Shown here piece by piece: positions 46,197 to 55,409 of a DNA stretch of 64,000 nt. Made by a program: the position numbers and the translations under genes. Each line of letters begins with the position of its first letter. The stretch's first letter is position 1. Origin of the DNA: an uncultured bacterium (GTDB lineage Bacteria > Patescibacteriota > Microgenomatia > UBA1400 > PJMF01); contig CAIMNJ010000011.1 of assembly GCA_903842795.1 (NCBI GenBank), positions 3,166 through 67,165 of the forward strand, in the 5' to 3' direction. Below the pieces are notes generated by a model. That model made no database searches. It was not told the DNA's origin and worked only from the letters and a program-made list of their open reading frames with translations.

Positions 46197-47006
46197 ATGC
46201 AAGCTACACCACTAAAATCCCGTATTGTTCGACCAAATGATGACTTATTGATGGTTATTGATGAAACGATTGCTAATGAGTTGGGTGGTAGTTTGCCGGA
46301 AAACTCTGTTTTAGCAATTAGTACTAAAATTATTAGTTATTGCCAGGGCAGATTAGTCCCAAAAACTATAAATCAAGAAAATGGTAATAAAGAAGAATTG
46401 AGAGAGGAAAAACATAATTTGGTCAAAAAAGAAACCGAATTATATATTGACCCTCACTCTTCTAAATATGACATGATGCTTACCATTAGAAATTCAACGC
46501 TCGCTGTTAATGCGGGGATTGATGAATCAAATGCCTCTTTAGATGGTAAAGAGTGCTTTGTGCTTTGGCCAGAAAAAATTCAAGAAACAATCAATCAAGT
46601 TTGGCAATACTTGCGCCATAAACACGGCTTAAAAAATTTTGGAGTAATTACGACTGACAGCCGTTCTTTTCCTTTACGTTGGGGTGTAGTAGGTACGACT
46701 ATCGCTAGTTGTGGATTTAAGGCACTTAATAATCGAATTGGTGAAACAGATATTTTTGGCCGCACTATTCATATGGTGCAGGTTAATGTGGCTGAGGCTT
46801 TGGGAGTAGCAGCAACATTTGAAATGGGTGAGGTTGCTGAAGTTACGCCACTTGCCTTATTAACCGATCTAAAAAAAGTACAGTTCGTAGACCATGAACC
46901 AACAGAACAAGAATTGGAAGATAATAAGATTGAAATAGAAGATGATGCTTATGCGCCTTTATTAACCAACGCTAATTGGCAAAAAGGAGAAAAATATCAT
47001 GAGTAA
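46197..47006 (+). CDS. CofE-like gamma-glutamate ligase (alternative folylpolyglutamate synthase, FolC2-type)
   Basis: STKIISYCQG, NAGIDESNA, ITTDS, PLRWG, DIFGR, MGE...TP; overlaps the folA start. Confidence 0.8.
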   Translation: MQATPLKSRIVRPNDDLLMVIDETIANELGGSLPENSVLAISTKIISYCQGRLVPKTINQENGNKEELREEKHNLVKKETELYIDPHSSKYDMMLTIRNSTLAVNAGIDESNASLDGKECFVLWPEKIQETINQVWQYLRHKHGLKNFGVITTDSRSFPLRWGVVGTTIASCGFKALNNRIGETDIFGRTIHMVQVNVAEALGVAATFEMGEVAEVTPLALLTDLKKVQFVDHEPTEQELEDNKIEIEDDAYAPLLTNANWQKGEKYHE

Positions 47007-47526
47007 ACCAGAAGTAATTTTAATTGCAGCCATGAGCATTGATGGCTTTATTGCTCCAAAAGATCAGGAAAAATTGCCTTCAACTGTTTGGACGAGTAAA
47101 GAGGATTGGCGTTTTTTTACCAAAAAAAGTAAAGAAATTGGCACCATGATCATGGGTTCCAAAACTTTTGAAACAATCAAAAGAGCTTTGCCGGATAGAC
47201 GTACAATTGTTATGACCAGCAAACCAGAAAAATATAATAAGTATATTGATTCAAATTTGGAATTCACAACTTCTAATCCAGAAGATATTCTGAATAACTT
47301 AGCTCAGCAGGGTTTGGAAAAGGTAGCACTTTGTGGTGGGGCTCATATTTATAGTTTGTTTTTACAAAAAGGTTTAATTGATCGTATGTTTTTGACAGTT
47401 GAGCCATATGTTTTCGGTGAGGGAGTTAAGCTTTTTTCTATATCAGCAGAAGAAAAATTCATTTTGATTGGACAAGAAAGATTAAATGAGCAGGGGACAC
47501 TGCTCTTGGAATTTCAAAGGAAATAA
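46999..47526 (+). CDS. folA: Dihydrofolate reductase
   Basis: MSIDGFIA, WTSKED..FF, MGSKTF, LPDR, CGGA.IY. Confidence 0.85.
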   Translation: MSKPEVILIAAMSIDGFIAPKDQEKLPSTVWTSKEDWRFFTKKSKEIGTMIMGSKTFETIKRALPDRRTIVMTSKPEKYNKYIDSNLEFTTSNPEDILNNLAQQGLEKVALCGGAHIYSLFLQKGLIDRMFLTVEPYVFGEGVKLFSISAEEKFILIGQERLNEQGTLLLEFQRK

Positions 47527-48128
47527 CTTTCTCCATGTCCAGGATAAACTTGACCGTAGTAGCCTTGCTGGTTTAATTCCTTGAGTTTCTCTAAACTCTT
47601 ACTCATTTTTTTACCATCAGAGTAGGCAAAATCAGTGCGGCCAATATTGCCATTGGCAAAAATAGTGTCGCCACTAAACAAAATTTTTTCTTTTTTGTTT
47701 AGTAAGCAAATACTGCCAGGAGTGTGCCCTGGAGTTTGAATAATTTCGATCTCTTCACCTAAGATGTCTAGATTCTTTGTTTTGGCTAGATCAAAATCAG
47801 CCGGAGGAATTGGGTCGCTTTTTGTGCCTAGCCAATGAGCGGCGCTAGCTTGGGCTTTTTCTAATAAAAATTGATCAGCAAAATTCATCATTATTGGTGT
47901 TCCCCAAGCACTTTTGAGACTCAGTAATCCAAGGCAGTGGTCAAAATGGCCATGAGTGAGAATGATGTTCTGTAATTTTAATCCACGATGGAGTAGTTCA
48001 TCGTTGAGAAAGTCGCCGTCGTCAGCTGGATCAATAATAATAGCGCTATTTTCAAACCCAGCTGCATTGCTGGTAAGAAGATAACAGTTGGTTTGTAAAT
48101 CACCCAAAACAAAAGTTTCTATTTGCAT
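47514..48128 (-). CDS. MBL-fold metallo-hydrolase (glyoxalase II-like)
   Basis: THGHFDH, TPGHTPG, SGD, GRTD, PGHG. Confidence 0.92.
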   Translation of the reverse strand: MQIETFVLGDLQTNCYLLTSNAAGFENSAIIIDPADDGDFLNDELLHRGLKLQNIILTHGHFDHCLGLLSLKSAWGTPIMMNFADQFLLEKAQASAAHWLGTKSDPIPPADFDLAKTKNLDILGEEIEIIQTPGHTPGSICLLNKKEKILFSGDTIFANGNIGRTDFAYSDGKKMSKSLEKLKELNQQGYYGQVYPGHGESYFL

Positions 48129-48150
48129 TGGCTTATGTTAGCATCAAAAC

Positions 48151-48582
48151 ATGCAAGTGAAAATTAAGCTTTTTGATCAGACTTTACCGCTTCCAGAATA
48201 CAAAAGTAGTGGGGCCGCAGCGCTAGATCTTTATAGCCGCATAGAGATGGAAATTAAACCTGGAGAAGTGGCTTACGTGCCTCTTAATATCGCTTTGCAG
48301 GTGCCAGAAGATTACTTCGTTTTATTGTCTGCTCGCAGTTCATTACATAAAAAAGGTTTGATGATGGCCAATGGAATTGGTGTTGGTGATTATGACTATC
48401 GTGGGGATGGAGATGAATATAAGGCTGCTCTTTATAATTTTGGTAAAGAAGTAGCCAAAATTGAAAAAAGCGAACGTCTGGTGCAAATGATTGTCTTAAA
48501 AAGAGAAAAGGTAGCTTTAGAGCAACTGGAAGTTTTTGAAACACAAGATCGCGGTGGCTTTGGGAGTACTGGTAAAAAATAA
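48151..48582 (+). CDS. dut: Trimeric dUTPase
   Basis: AALDL, RSS, GVGDYDYRG, RLVQ, RGGFGSTG. Confidence 0.93.
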   Translation: MQVKIKLFDQTLPLPEYKSSGAAALDLYSRIEMEIKPGEVAYVPLNIALQVPEDYFVLLSARSSLHKKGLMMANGIGVGDYDYRGDGDEYKAALYNFGKEVAKIEKSERLVQMIVLKREKVALEQLEVFETQDRGGFGSTGKK

Positions 48583-48586
48583 AACT

Positions 48587-49486
48587 ATGCGCGACCAAAT
48601 GGCTATACTTTTTGATCGAGCTGGTTATACAAGAGATAGTCATCCTGCCATCATTGCTGCCAACGATGTCTCATCATTGGAGTCTTTACTGATTTATACA
48701 CTTGGCGAGTTAATCGAGTTGAGTGCTGAGCATGAATGTTTATTGATTGCCAGCGATGCGGCTGGTGAAAAATTACAGCCGTCTAAACAATGGTGGTTGG
48801 AGTTTGCTGACTTCATTGTGATGCTCAAGATTATTAACGACAGGACCGGCTCAAAATTTTCTGTAGAAGAAACAAGTTTCTCTGTAAATGGTCAATTTAA
48901 GGGAAGTTTTGATTCTCTAGCTGAGCAAACAGTTAATCTTGCTGAAGGAGATGTTGGAAGGAATTTTGATTTTCTTTTTACAGAATTAATGTCTTTGGTT
49001 AGGCATTTGAATGTGGATTTACAAGGTGAACTTTATGCTAGGTTAATTAATGCTAAATTGTTTTTAAATCGTGAAATGCGTTTTTTTAAAATTGAAAAAG
49101 GCATGAATGAACTAGATGTAATCAATAAAAACAATCATGTTTTTAAAGCACTTCGTCTATTAAGAAGTTTTTTGTTGGAAGCAACTGGAGAGGAAATGAC
49201 TTTGCAGCCGTGGATTACTGATTTTTTTCAGGATGAAATTTCTGATTGGCGAAATAGTGATTTTGCTCTTGAAAGCCTAAGGAAAAAAATTGCTATTTTT
49301 AAAATAAAAATTAAGGATGAGCTGGCATGGAGTTTGACTGGTCGCAATACTGGAGATGAGTTTTTGGAAATGAAAATGATGATTGCTGGAGCAAAATTGA
49401 TTGCAGTAAATACAAGTGATGAGCAATCGACTTTACAAAGCAGGTCCGCTAATGCTACTCTGGGGACAACTGTTTTTTGGACTTAA
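48587..49486 (+). CDS. Hypothetical helical protein, possible MazG-like N-terminal domain
   Basis: GELIEL...LEFADF pattern; lies between dut and tmk. Confidence 0.55.
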   Translation: MRDQMAILFDRAGYTRDSHPAIIAANDVSSLESLLIYTLGELIELSAEHECLLIASDAAGEKLQPSKQWWLEFADFIVMLKIINDRTGSKFSVEETSFSVNGQFKGSFDSLAEQTVNLAEGDVGRNFDFLFTELMSLVRHLNVDLQGELYARLINAKLFLNREMRFFKIEKGMNELDVINKNNHVFKALRLLRSFLLEATGEEMTLQPWITDFFQDEISDWRNSDFALESLRKKIAIFKIKIKDELAWSLTGRNTGDEFLEMKMMIAGAKLIAVNTSDEQSTLQSRSANATLGTTVFWT

Positions 49487-49520
49487 TTTTTAGAATTTGC
49501 AAAAAAATAGCAAAGGAAAA

Positions 49521-50228
49521 ATGAAAAAAAAGGGCTTATTGATTACGTTAGAAGGTGGAGAAGGTGTTGGTAAAACAACTCAAGTGGTTAGACTCAAAGA
49601 AAGGCTAATTCAAGAAGGCAAAGATGTGGTTGTTTTACGTGAGCCAGGTGGCACAGCCATAAGTGAGCAAATTCGTGAAGTTGTTTTGTCCAATAAGAAT
49701 GTTGGTATGGCTTACACGACTGAGGTGTTGCTTTTTCAAGCTGCCAGAGCACAAATTTATCGCGAAATTGTTTTGCCATCTCTAGAGTTAGGCAAAGTGG
49801 TAGTTATGGATCGTTCTCGTGATAGCAGTGTGGTTTATCAGGGCATGGTGCGTGGTTTTGGAGTAGAAATCATTGAGCAGTTAAACGATATTTCTACCAA
49901 AAAAATTTATCCAGATATTACTTTTTTGCTTGACGCTCCTGTTGAAATTGGCTTAGGCAGACGTATGGCTGTAGAAGGTGCTAATCGTATTGATTATGAA
50001 GCCAAAGATTTCCATGAAAAAGTTCGTCAAGCCTATTTGCAGGTCGCCAAAGCAGATTTGAAGAAATTAGGTACACATTCTCGTTGGCAAATTATTGATG
50101 CTAGTGCAGACGCAGAGGTGGTGGAAAGACAAATGTGGGATTTGACCAAAAGCTTTTTAGATAAGAACAAAACCAAAGATTGGGAGAATCAATTGGAGGA
50201 TGCTTCCGTTGACTATGTTGAGGAGTAA
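49521..50228 (+). CDS. tmk: Thymidylate kinase
   Basis: EGGEGVGKTT, REPGGT, DR..DSS.VYQG. Confidence 0.96.
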   Translation: MKKKGLLITLEGGEGVGKTTQVVRLKERLIQEGKDVVVLREPGGTAISEQIREVVLSNKNVGMAYTTEVLLFQAARAQIYREIVLPSLELGKVVVMDRSRDSSVVYQGMVRGFGVEIIEQLNDISTKKIYPDITFLLDAPVEIGLGRRMAVEGANRIDYEAKDFHEKVRQAYLQVAKADLKKLGTHSRWQIIDASADAEVVERQMWDLTKSFLDKNKTKDWENQLEDASVDYVEE

Positions 50229-50231
50229 ATA

Positions 50232-50843
50232 ATGCAGAAATTACCAAAAGCAGTTCGTCAGCTGGTGGAAAAATTTGAGCGCTTGCCTGGCATTGGTCCA
50301 AGATCGGCCCAACGCTTGGTTTTTTATTTACTGCATAATCCAGCCAGTGAGCTAGAAGATTTTGCTGATAAATTGTTAGCTCTCAAAAAAGAGACGGTAA
50401 TGTGTGCTAGTTGTCACAATATAGCTGAAAGCAATCCTTGCTCAATTTGTAGTGACCAAAATCGAAACTCTTCTTTTTTATGTGTAGTTGAACAGCCACT
50501 AGATTTGTTGGCTTTGGAAAAATCTGAAAAGTATCATGGTCTTTACCATGTTTTGCATGGTTGTATTGCGCCACTTAATAATATTGGTCCAGATCAATTG
50601 TATTTACGTGATTTACTCAAGCGTTTAGATGGTGTGACTGAGTTGATTTTGGCCACCAATCCAACCATGGAAGGTGAAGCCACTGCTCTCTATATAAATG
50701 AAATGATTGCTACTTCCAGCTTAAAAAATAAAGATCAAATCACCATTACTAGAATTGGTCATGGTTTACCAATTGGGGCAGACATCGAATATGCTGATGG
50801 CGTCACTTTAGCGCGCGCACTAGAGGGAAGAAGAAAGATTTAG
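50232..50843 (+). CDS. recR: Recombination mediator RecR
   Basis: LPGIGPRSAQR, C4 Zn finger, VVE, ATNPTMEGEAT, EYAD. Confidence 0.97.
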   Translation: MQKLPKAVRQLVEKFERLPGIGPRSAQRLVFYLLHNPASELEDFADKLLALKKETVMCASCHNIAESNPCSICSDQNRNSSFLCVVEQPLDLLALEKSEKYHGLYHVLHGCIAPLNNIGPDQLYLRDLLKRLDGVTELILATNPTMEGEATALYINEMIATSSLKNKDQITITRIGHGLPIGADIEYADGVTLARALEGRRKI

Positions 50844-50860
50844 TCTTTTTAAATTTGTGC

Positions 50861-50889
50861 TTGTTTATTTTTTTCTAAAAATATAGAAT
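50861..50889 (+). promoter_or_regulatory. Putative sigma70 promoter of the argG-pyr operon
   Basis: TTGTTT-17 nt-TAGAAT. Confidence 0.55.
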
Positions 50890-50944
50890 AGCCTTTTGGT
50901 GTCAAACAAAAAACAACCAAAAATTCCAGTTATAGAATTTTCTT

Positions 50945-50975
50945 AAAAGCGAGGTCGAGACCTCGCTTTTTTTTT
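50945..50975 (+). terminator. Intrinsic terminator (possible attenuator) upstream of argG
   Basis: AAAAGCGAGGTC-ga-GACCTCGC followed by nine T. Confidence 0.85.
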
Positions 50976-51037
50976 GCTTGCTACCAAAAAATATATTAGC
51001 TAGGCAAGAACTGCCCAAAACAGAAGGATTTCCGGTC

Positions 51038-52672
51038 ATGCAACAAGATTCCACTTACACAAAAGTGTCTTCTTACGAGGGAAGAAAAGGCACAGTCAAG
51101 AAAGTAGTACTGCTTTATTCTGGTGGTTTGGATACTTCAGTGATGCTGAAGTGGATTCAAGAAACCTATGAAGCACAAGTGATTGCTTTAACTATTGATA
51201 TTGGACAACAAGCTGATGATTTGGACGAAATTAAAAAGAAAGCTCTCAAAATGGGGGCAATTAAGGCAATTGTGGTAGATGCCAAAAATGAATTTGCTTA
51301 TCACTACTTAGCTAAAGGCATCAAAGCCAACGCTAGTTATCAGGGAAAATATCACATGAGCACACCAATGGGTCGTCCACTTTTGGCTAAAATTGCTGTT
51401 GATGTTGCTAGAGAATATGGTGCAGACACTATTGCTCATGGTTGCACTGGAAAAGGCAATGATCAAGTCAGAATTGAAGGCTCAATTTTGACTTTAGCAC
51501 CAGAAATGAAAATTATTGCTCCAGTACGCGAGTGGAGTATGGGCCGTGATGAGGAAATTGTTTACGCCAAAAAACATGGTATTCCAGTTAAGCAAACTGT
51601 AGCTTCGCCATATTCTTATGATGACAATATGTGGGGTGTAACTGGCGAGAGTGGAGAGATTGAAAATCCAGCTCTTATTCCACCACTAGATAAAATTTTG
51701 CAAGTTTGCAACATCGTCGAAAAAACTCCAGCTAAACCTCAGTATGTAAAATTACGTTTTATTAAAGGTTTGCCAGTAGAAGTGGACGGTAAGCCCATGC
51801 GCTTAGCAGAACTAATTATGCATCTTAATCATGTTGGAGCTAAGCATGGAGTTGGTGTAACTCATCACATTGAGGATCGTTTAGTGGGTTTAAAAGTTCG
51901 CGGATTATATGAAGCTCCAGCTGCGGAAATTATTATCAGTGCGCACTTTAATCTGGAAAAATATGTTTCTACTCGTCAGGAGAATGAATTCAAATCGATC
52001 ATTGATACTAAATGGGCATACATGTGTTACGGTGCTCTTTGGTATGAGCCATTAATGGATGATCTCAATGCTTATTTGGACAAAGTCAATCAAAAAGTGA
52101 CTGGCTTGGTGACGGTTAAATTATTCAAAGGTCAGGCTGAAGTGGTGGCTGTTGAGACGGCTAACAGTATTTTCGATGAGAAGCTGGCTACTTTTATGAA
52201 GAACGACACCTTTAATCAAAATGCTTCGGCTGGTTTTATTGAGATTTACACTTTGCAAATGCGTTTAGCTCAAGACACGGAACACTTTGCCTTATTGACT
52301 ATAGGTGAAGAAAAAAATAAGAAAAAGTTTTTGCCAATTGCTCATAAGCTCAAAGATTTGGGTTTCCAATTTTATGCCACGGAAAACACTCATCTTTTCT
52401 TAAAGAAAAATGACATTAATTCAATTATGGTGCACAAAATGTACAATAAAACTTTCCCAAGTTTGGAAGATGTTTTGCGCCAAGATGTTTTTGATTTAAT
52501 CATCAATGTTCCTCAGGATGAGCCAAGCAAAGAGGCCAAAGTTGATGAAAAGGTAATTAAGACCTGGGCCATCAAGAACGGCATTACTTTGATTAAAGAT
52601 TTTGAAACTGCTGATGGTTTTGTTAAGAAATTAGAAAAGAGATTGATTATCAGAAAGCGTAAAGAGAAATAA
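51038..52672 (+). CDS. argG: Argininosuccinate synthase fused to a C-terminal MGS-like (CarB allosteric-type) domain
   Basis: YSGGLDTS, HGCTGKGNDQVR, YSYDDNMWG, EDR..G.K.RG.YE; tail LKDLGFQFYATENT...VHK...DLIINVP. SD GAAGGA before ATG 51038. Confidence 0.92.
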   Translation: MQQDSTYTKVSSYEGRKGTVKKVVLLYSGGLDTSVMLKWIQETYEAQVIALTIDIGQQADDLDEIKKKALKMGAIKAIVVDAKNEFAYHYLAKGIKANASYQGKYHMSTPMGRPLLAKIAVDVAREYGADTIAHGCTGKGNDQVRIEGSILTLAPEMKIIAPVREWSMGRDEEIVYAKKHGIPVKQTVASPYSYDDNMWGVTGESGEIENPALIPPLDKILQVCNIVEKTPAKPQYVKLRFIKGLPVEVDGKPMRLAELIMHLNHVGAKHGVGVTHHIEDRLVGLKVRGLYEAPAAEIIISAHFNLEKYVSTRQENEFKSIIDTKWAYMCYGALWYEPLMDDLNAYLDKVNQKVTGLVTVKLFKGQAEVVAVETANSIFDEKLATFMKNDTFNQNASAGFIEIYTLQMRLAQDTEHFALLTIGEEKNKKKFLPIAHKLKDLGFQFYATENTHLFLKKNDINSIMVHKMYNKTFPSLEDVLRQDVFDLIINVPQDEPSKEAKVDEKVIKTWAIKNGITLIKDFETADGFVKKLEKRLIIRKRKEK

Positions 52673-52673
52673 A

Positions 52674-53645
52674 ATGAATAAAGACTGGGATTTGAAGTCA
52701 TATTTATTAAAAAAAATTAAAAAACAAGGTGGTTGGGTGAGCGCACACAACCACCTTGACAAGGCCTATCTTGTAAAACCTGGAGATTTATCTTTGGCTT
52801 ATTTATCTTTGCAAAAAAAATGGGATTTAATTGATGAGCTCAAAAAAACTCAAACTGTCCAGCAAATCTATGATCGCATGGCTTATGGGCTTGAACAGCA
52901 ACTCGCTCAAGGTGTGACTGCTCTTGGCACTTTTATTGATGTTGATCCATTGATAAAAGATAAGGCAATGAAAGCTGCTGATAAGGTAAGAGAACGATAC
53001 AAATCTCAAATTGATTTGGTTTTTATTAACCAGACTGTCAAAGGGGTTATGGATCAAGAAGCGCGTAAATGGTTTGATGAGGCTGCGCAATTTGTTGACA
53101 TTATTGGTGGTTTACCTGGCAAAGATAAAGGCAGAGAAGCAGAACATTTGGATATTTTATTAAGTACTGCCAAAAGGCGTCAGCAAATGATTCATGTTCA
53201 TGTTGATCAGTTTAATGATCCAAATGAAGAGGAAACAGCTCTTTTGGTGCGCAAAACTATCGAGCACAATATGCAAGGTAAGGTAGTGGGAGTACATGGC
53301 ATTTCTATTGCAGCGCATTCACTTGAGTACCGCCAAAAACTTTATAAAGATATGGTGGAAGCCAAAGTTATGATGGTGGCTTGTCCAACAGCTTGGATTG
53401 ATCATAGACGTCGTGAAGATTTGGTTCCATCTCACAATGCTGTGACTCCGGTGGATGAGATGGTGCCAGCAGGAATAACGGTGGCCATCGGTCCAGATAA
53501 TATTGCCGATTATTACAAGCCTTTTACTGATGGAGATATGTGGACAGAATTACGCTTTTTGTTGGAAGCTTGTCATTATTACGATTTGGAAGAATTAGTA
53601 AAAATAGCTACGATTAATGGTAGAAAGGTTTTAGGTTTAATTTAA
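52674..53645 (+). CDS. Amidohydrolase-superfamily enzyme (cytosine-deaminase-like)
   Basis: HNHLDK, GVTA, IGGLP, HVHVDQ, VH, ACP, GPDNIAD. Confidence 0.88.
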   Translation: MNKDWDLKSYLLKKIKKQGGWVSAHNHLDKAYLVKPGDLSLAYLSLQKKWDLIDELKKTQTVQQIYDRMAYGLEQQLAQGVTALGTFIDVDPLIKDKAMKAADKVRERYKSQIDLVFINQTVKGVMDQEARKWFDEAAQFVDIIGGLPGKDKGREAEHLDILLSTAKRRQQMIHVHVDQFNDPNEEETALLVRKTIEHNMQGKVVGVHGISIAAHSLEYRQKLYKDMVEAKVMMVACPTAWIDHRRREDLVPSHNAVTPVDEMVPAGITVAIGPDNIADYYKPFTDGDMWTELRFLLEACHYYDLEELVKIATINGRKVLGLI

Positions 53646-53658
53646 CAAGGCCAAATAT

Positions 53659-54732
53659 ATGTTGCAAACTCCTTTTTACGATCCGAGCAAAAGTTACGAA
53701 GAAAATTTTGATCAAGGGCCATTTGGTGATTTTGCAGATGACAAATTGATCATGCGCGATGCAGAACCAACAAAAACTTTTTTAGGTCAATCAATTTATC
53801 TGCCTTTTGGGATTCCAGCTGGTCCATTATTGAATAGTAAATTTACAACCGCAGCTTTTAAAAAAGGTTTTGATTTATGTGTTTATAAGACTGTTCGTAC
53901 GAGAGCTTATCCTTGTCATCCGTGGCCAAATGTTTTGGGGGTCAAGGTTGCTGGAGATTTAACCTTGCAAAAGGCCGAATTGCCTTTGCGAGCTGAGACA
54001 AATTACAGCGAACCACTTTCCATCACCAATTCTTTTGGCGTGCCATCAATGAATCCTGATTTTTGGCAAATTGATATGGCCAAGGCAGTTGAGAATACAG
54101 GAATTGGACAAGTAATGATTGGCAGTTTTCAGGGGACCAAAAAACCTGGAGGGACCGCCCAGGATCTAATTGATGATTATGTTTTGGCCGCCAAACTGGT
54201 CAAAGAAACTGGTGCCAAAATTCTGGAGGCCAATCTAAGTTGTCCAAATGAAGGAACTGCAGATTTACTTTGTTTTGATACAGATAGAGTGTATTTAATT
54301 GCAGAAAAAATCAAAAATGAAATTGGTAATACGCCACTAATTCTTAAGCTGGCTTATTTTAAAGATCAGGCTCACTTGCAAGCTTATGTTCAAAAAATTG
54401 GTTCTATTGTCGATGGCTTAAGTGTAATTAATACCATCGCTGCTCCTATTATCAATCAAGCTGGAGAGCAAGCTTTACCTGGAGAAGGTAGACTGCGTAG
54501 CGGTGTTTGTGGAGCTGCCATCAAATGGGCTGGTTTAGAAATGGTTGATCGTTTAGTGAAATTGCGTCAAGAAAATCAACAAAAATTTGCAATTATCGGT
54601 GTGGGTGGCGTCACTGTGGCAGATGATTATTTGGCTTATGTTAAATCTGGCGCCGATGCGGTAATGAGTGCAACTGGCGCCATGTGGAATCCAAACTTGG
54701 CCAAAGAAATTTTAGCGAAAGTAAATAAATAA
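53659..54732 (+). CDS. pyrD: Dihydroorotate dehydrogenase-like FMN enzyme
   Basis: GIPAG, KT, NSFG, NLSCPN, LKL, INT, SG, IGVGGV, GA; directly before pyrE/pyrF. Confidence 0.82.
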   Translation: MLQTPFYDPSKSYEENFDQGPFGDFADDKLIMRDAEPTKTFLGQSIYLPFGIPAGPLLNSKFTTAAFKKGFDLCVYKTVRTRAYPCHPWPNVLGVKVAGDLTLQKAELPLRAETNYSEPLSITNSFGVPSMNPDFWQIDMAKAVENTGIGQVMIGSFQGTKKPGGTAQDLIDDYVLAAKLVKETGAKILEANLSCPNEGTADLLCFDTDRVYLIAEKIKNEIGNTPLILKLAYFKDQAHLQAYVQKIGSIVDGLSVINTIAAPIINQAGEQALPGEGRLRSGVCGAAIKWAGLEMVDRLVKLRQENQQKFAIIGVGGVTVADDYLAYVKSGADAVMSATGAMWNPNLAKEILAKVNK

Positions 54733-54743
54733 AAGGAGAAAAC

Positions 54744-55409
54744 ATGTCAGTTTCAAAAACTAACTTAGAAACAAGGATTGCTCAAGCCTTAATTAGAATT
54801 GGGGCAGTGGGTTTCAAGCCAGAAAATCCCATTACTTTTAAGTCTGGAATTATTTCTCCAGTATATGTTGATAATCGTCGCTTCCCATTTTATTCTGCTG
54901 AATGGAAATTAGTGGTGGAAGGCTTTAGAGAATTAATTATAAAAGATGAGATTGATTTTGATGTTTTGGCAGGAATTGAAACTGCTGGCATTCCTCACAG
55001 CGCTGCTCTTGGGTATGCCATGGACAAGCCATCCGTTTTTGTGCGCAAAAAAGTCAAAGATCATGGTACCAAAAGTCGTATTGAAGGCGGACAAGTCAAA
55101 GATAAAAAAGTGTTGTTGATTGAGGATCTGGTGACGACTGGTGGGAGTAGTTTGGCTGGAGTTGAAGCCTTGCGTGCTGATGGGGCAATCGTTAATGATT
55201 GCTTAATTATTGTGGGTTATGGTTTTGAAGAAGCAACTAGTGCTTTTGCTGCTGCTAAAGTTAAGCTTCACGCTTTGACAAATTTTTCGATAATTCTAGA
55301 AGAAGCCCTCAAACAAAAATTATTTACTGCTGAGCAAAAGTTAATTTTAGAAAACTGGTTTCAAGATCCTTGGGGCTGGGGAAAGCGCTATGGCCATGAC
55401 GTTTCTTGA
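54744..55409 (+). CDS. pyrE: Orotate phosphoribosyltransferase
   Basis: KSGIISPVYVDNR, VRKKVKDHG, IEDLVTTGGS. Confidence 0.96.
   Translation: MSVSKTNLETRIAQALIRIGAVGFKPENPITFKSGIISPVYVDNRRFPFYSAEWKLVVEGFRELIIKDEIDFDVLAGIETAGIPHSAALGYAMDKPSVFVRKKVKDHGTKSRIEGGQVKDKKVLLIEDLVTTGGSSLAGVEALRADGAIVNDCLIIVGYGFEEATSAFAAAKVKLHALTNFSIILEEALKQKLFTAEQKLILENWFQDPWGWGKRYGHDVS

Noticed and set aside
50890-50975. PyrR-binding site or Arg-codon leader
   Set aside because: No ARUCCNGNGAGGYU match and no Arg codons in the uORF.
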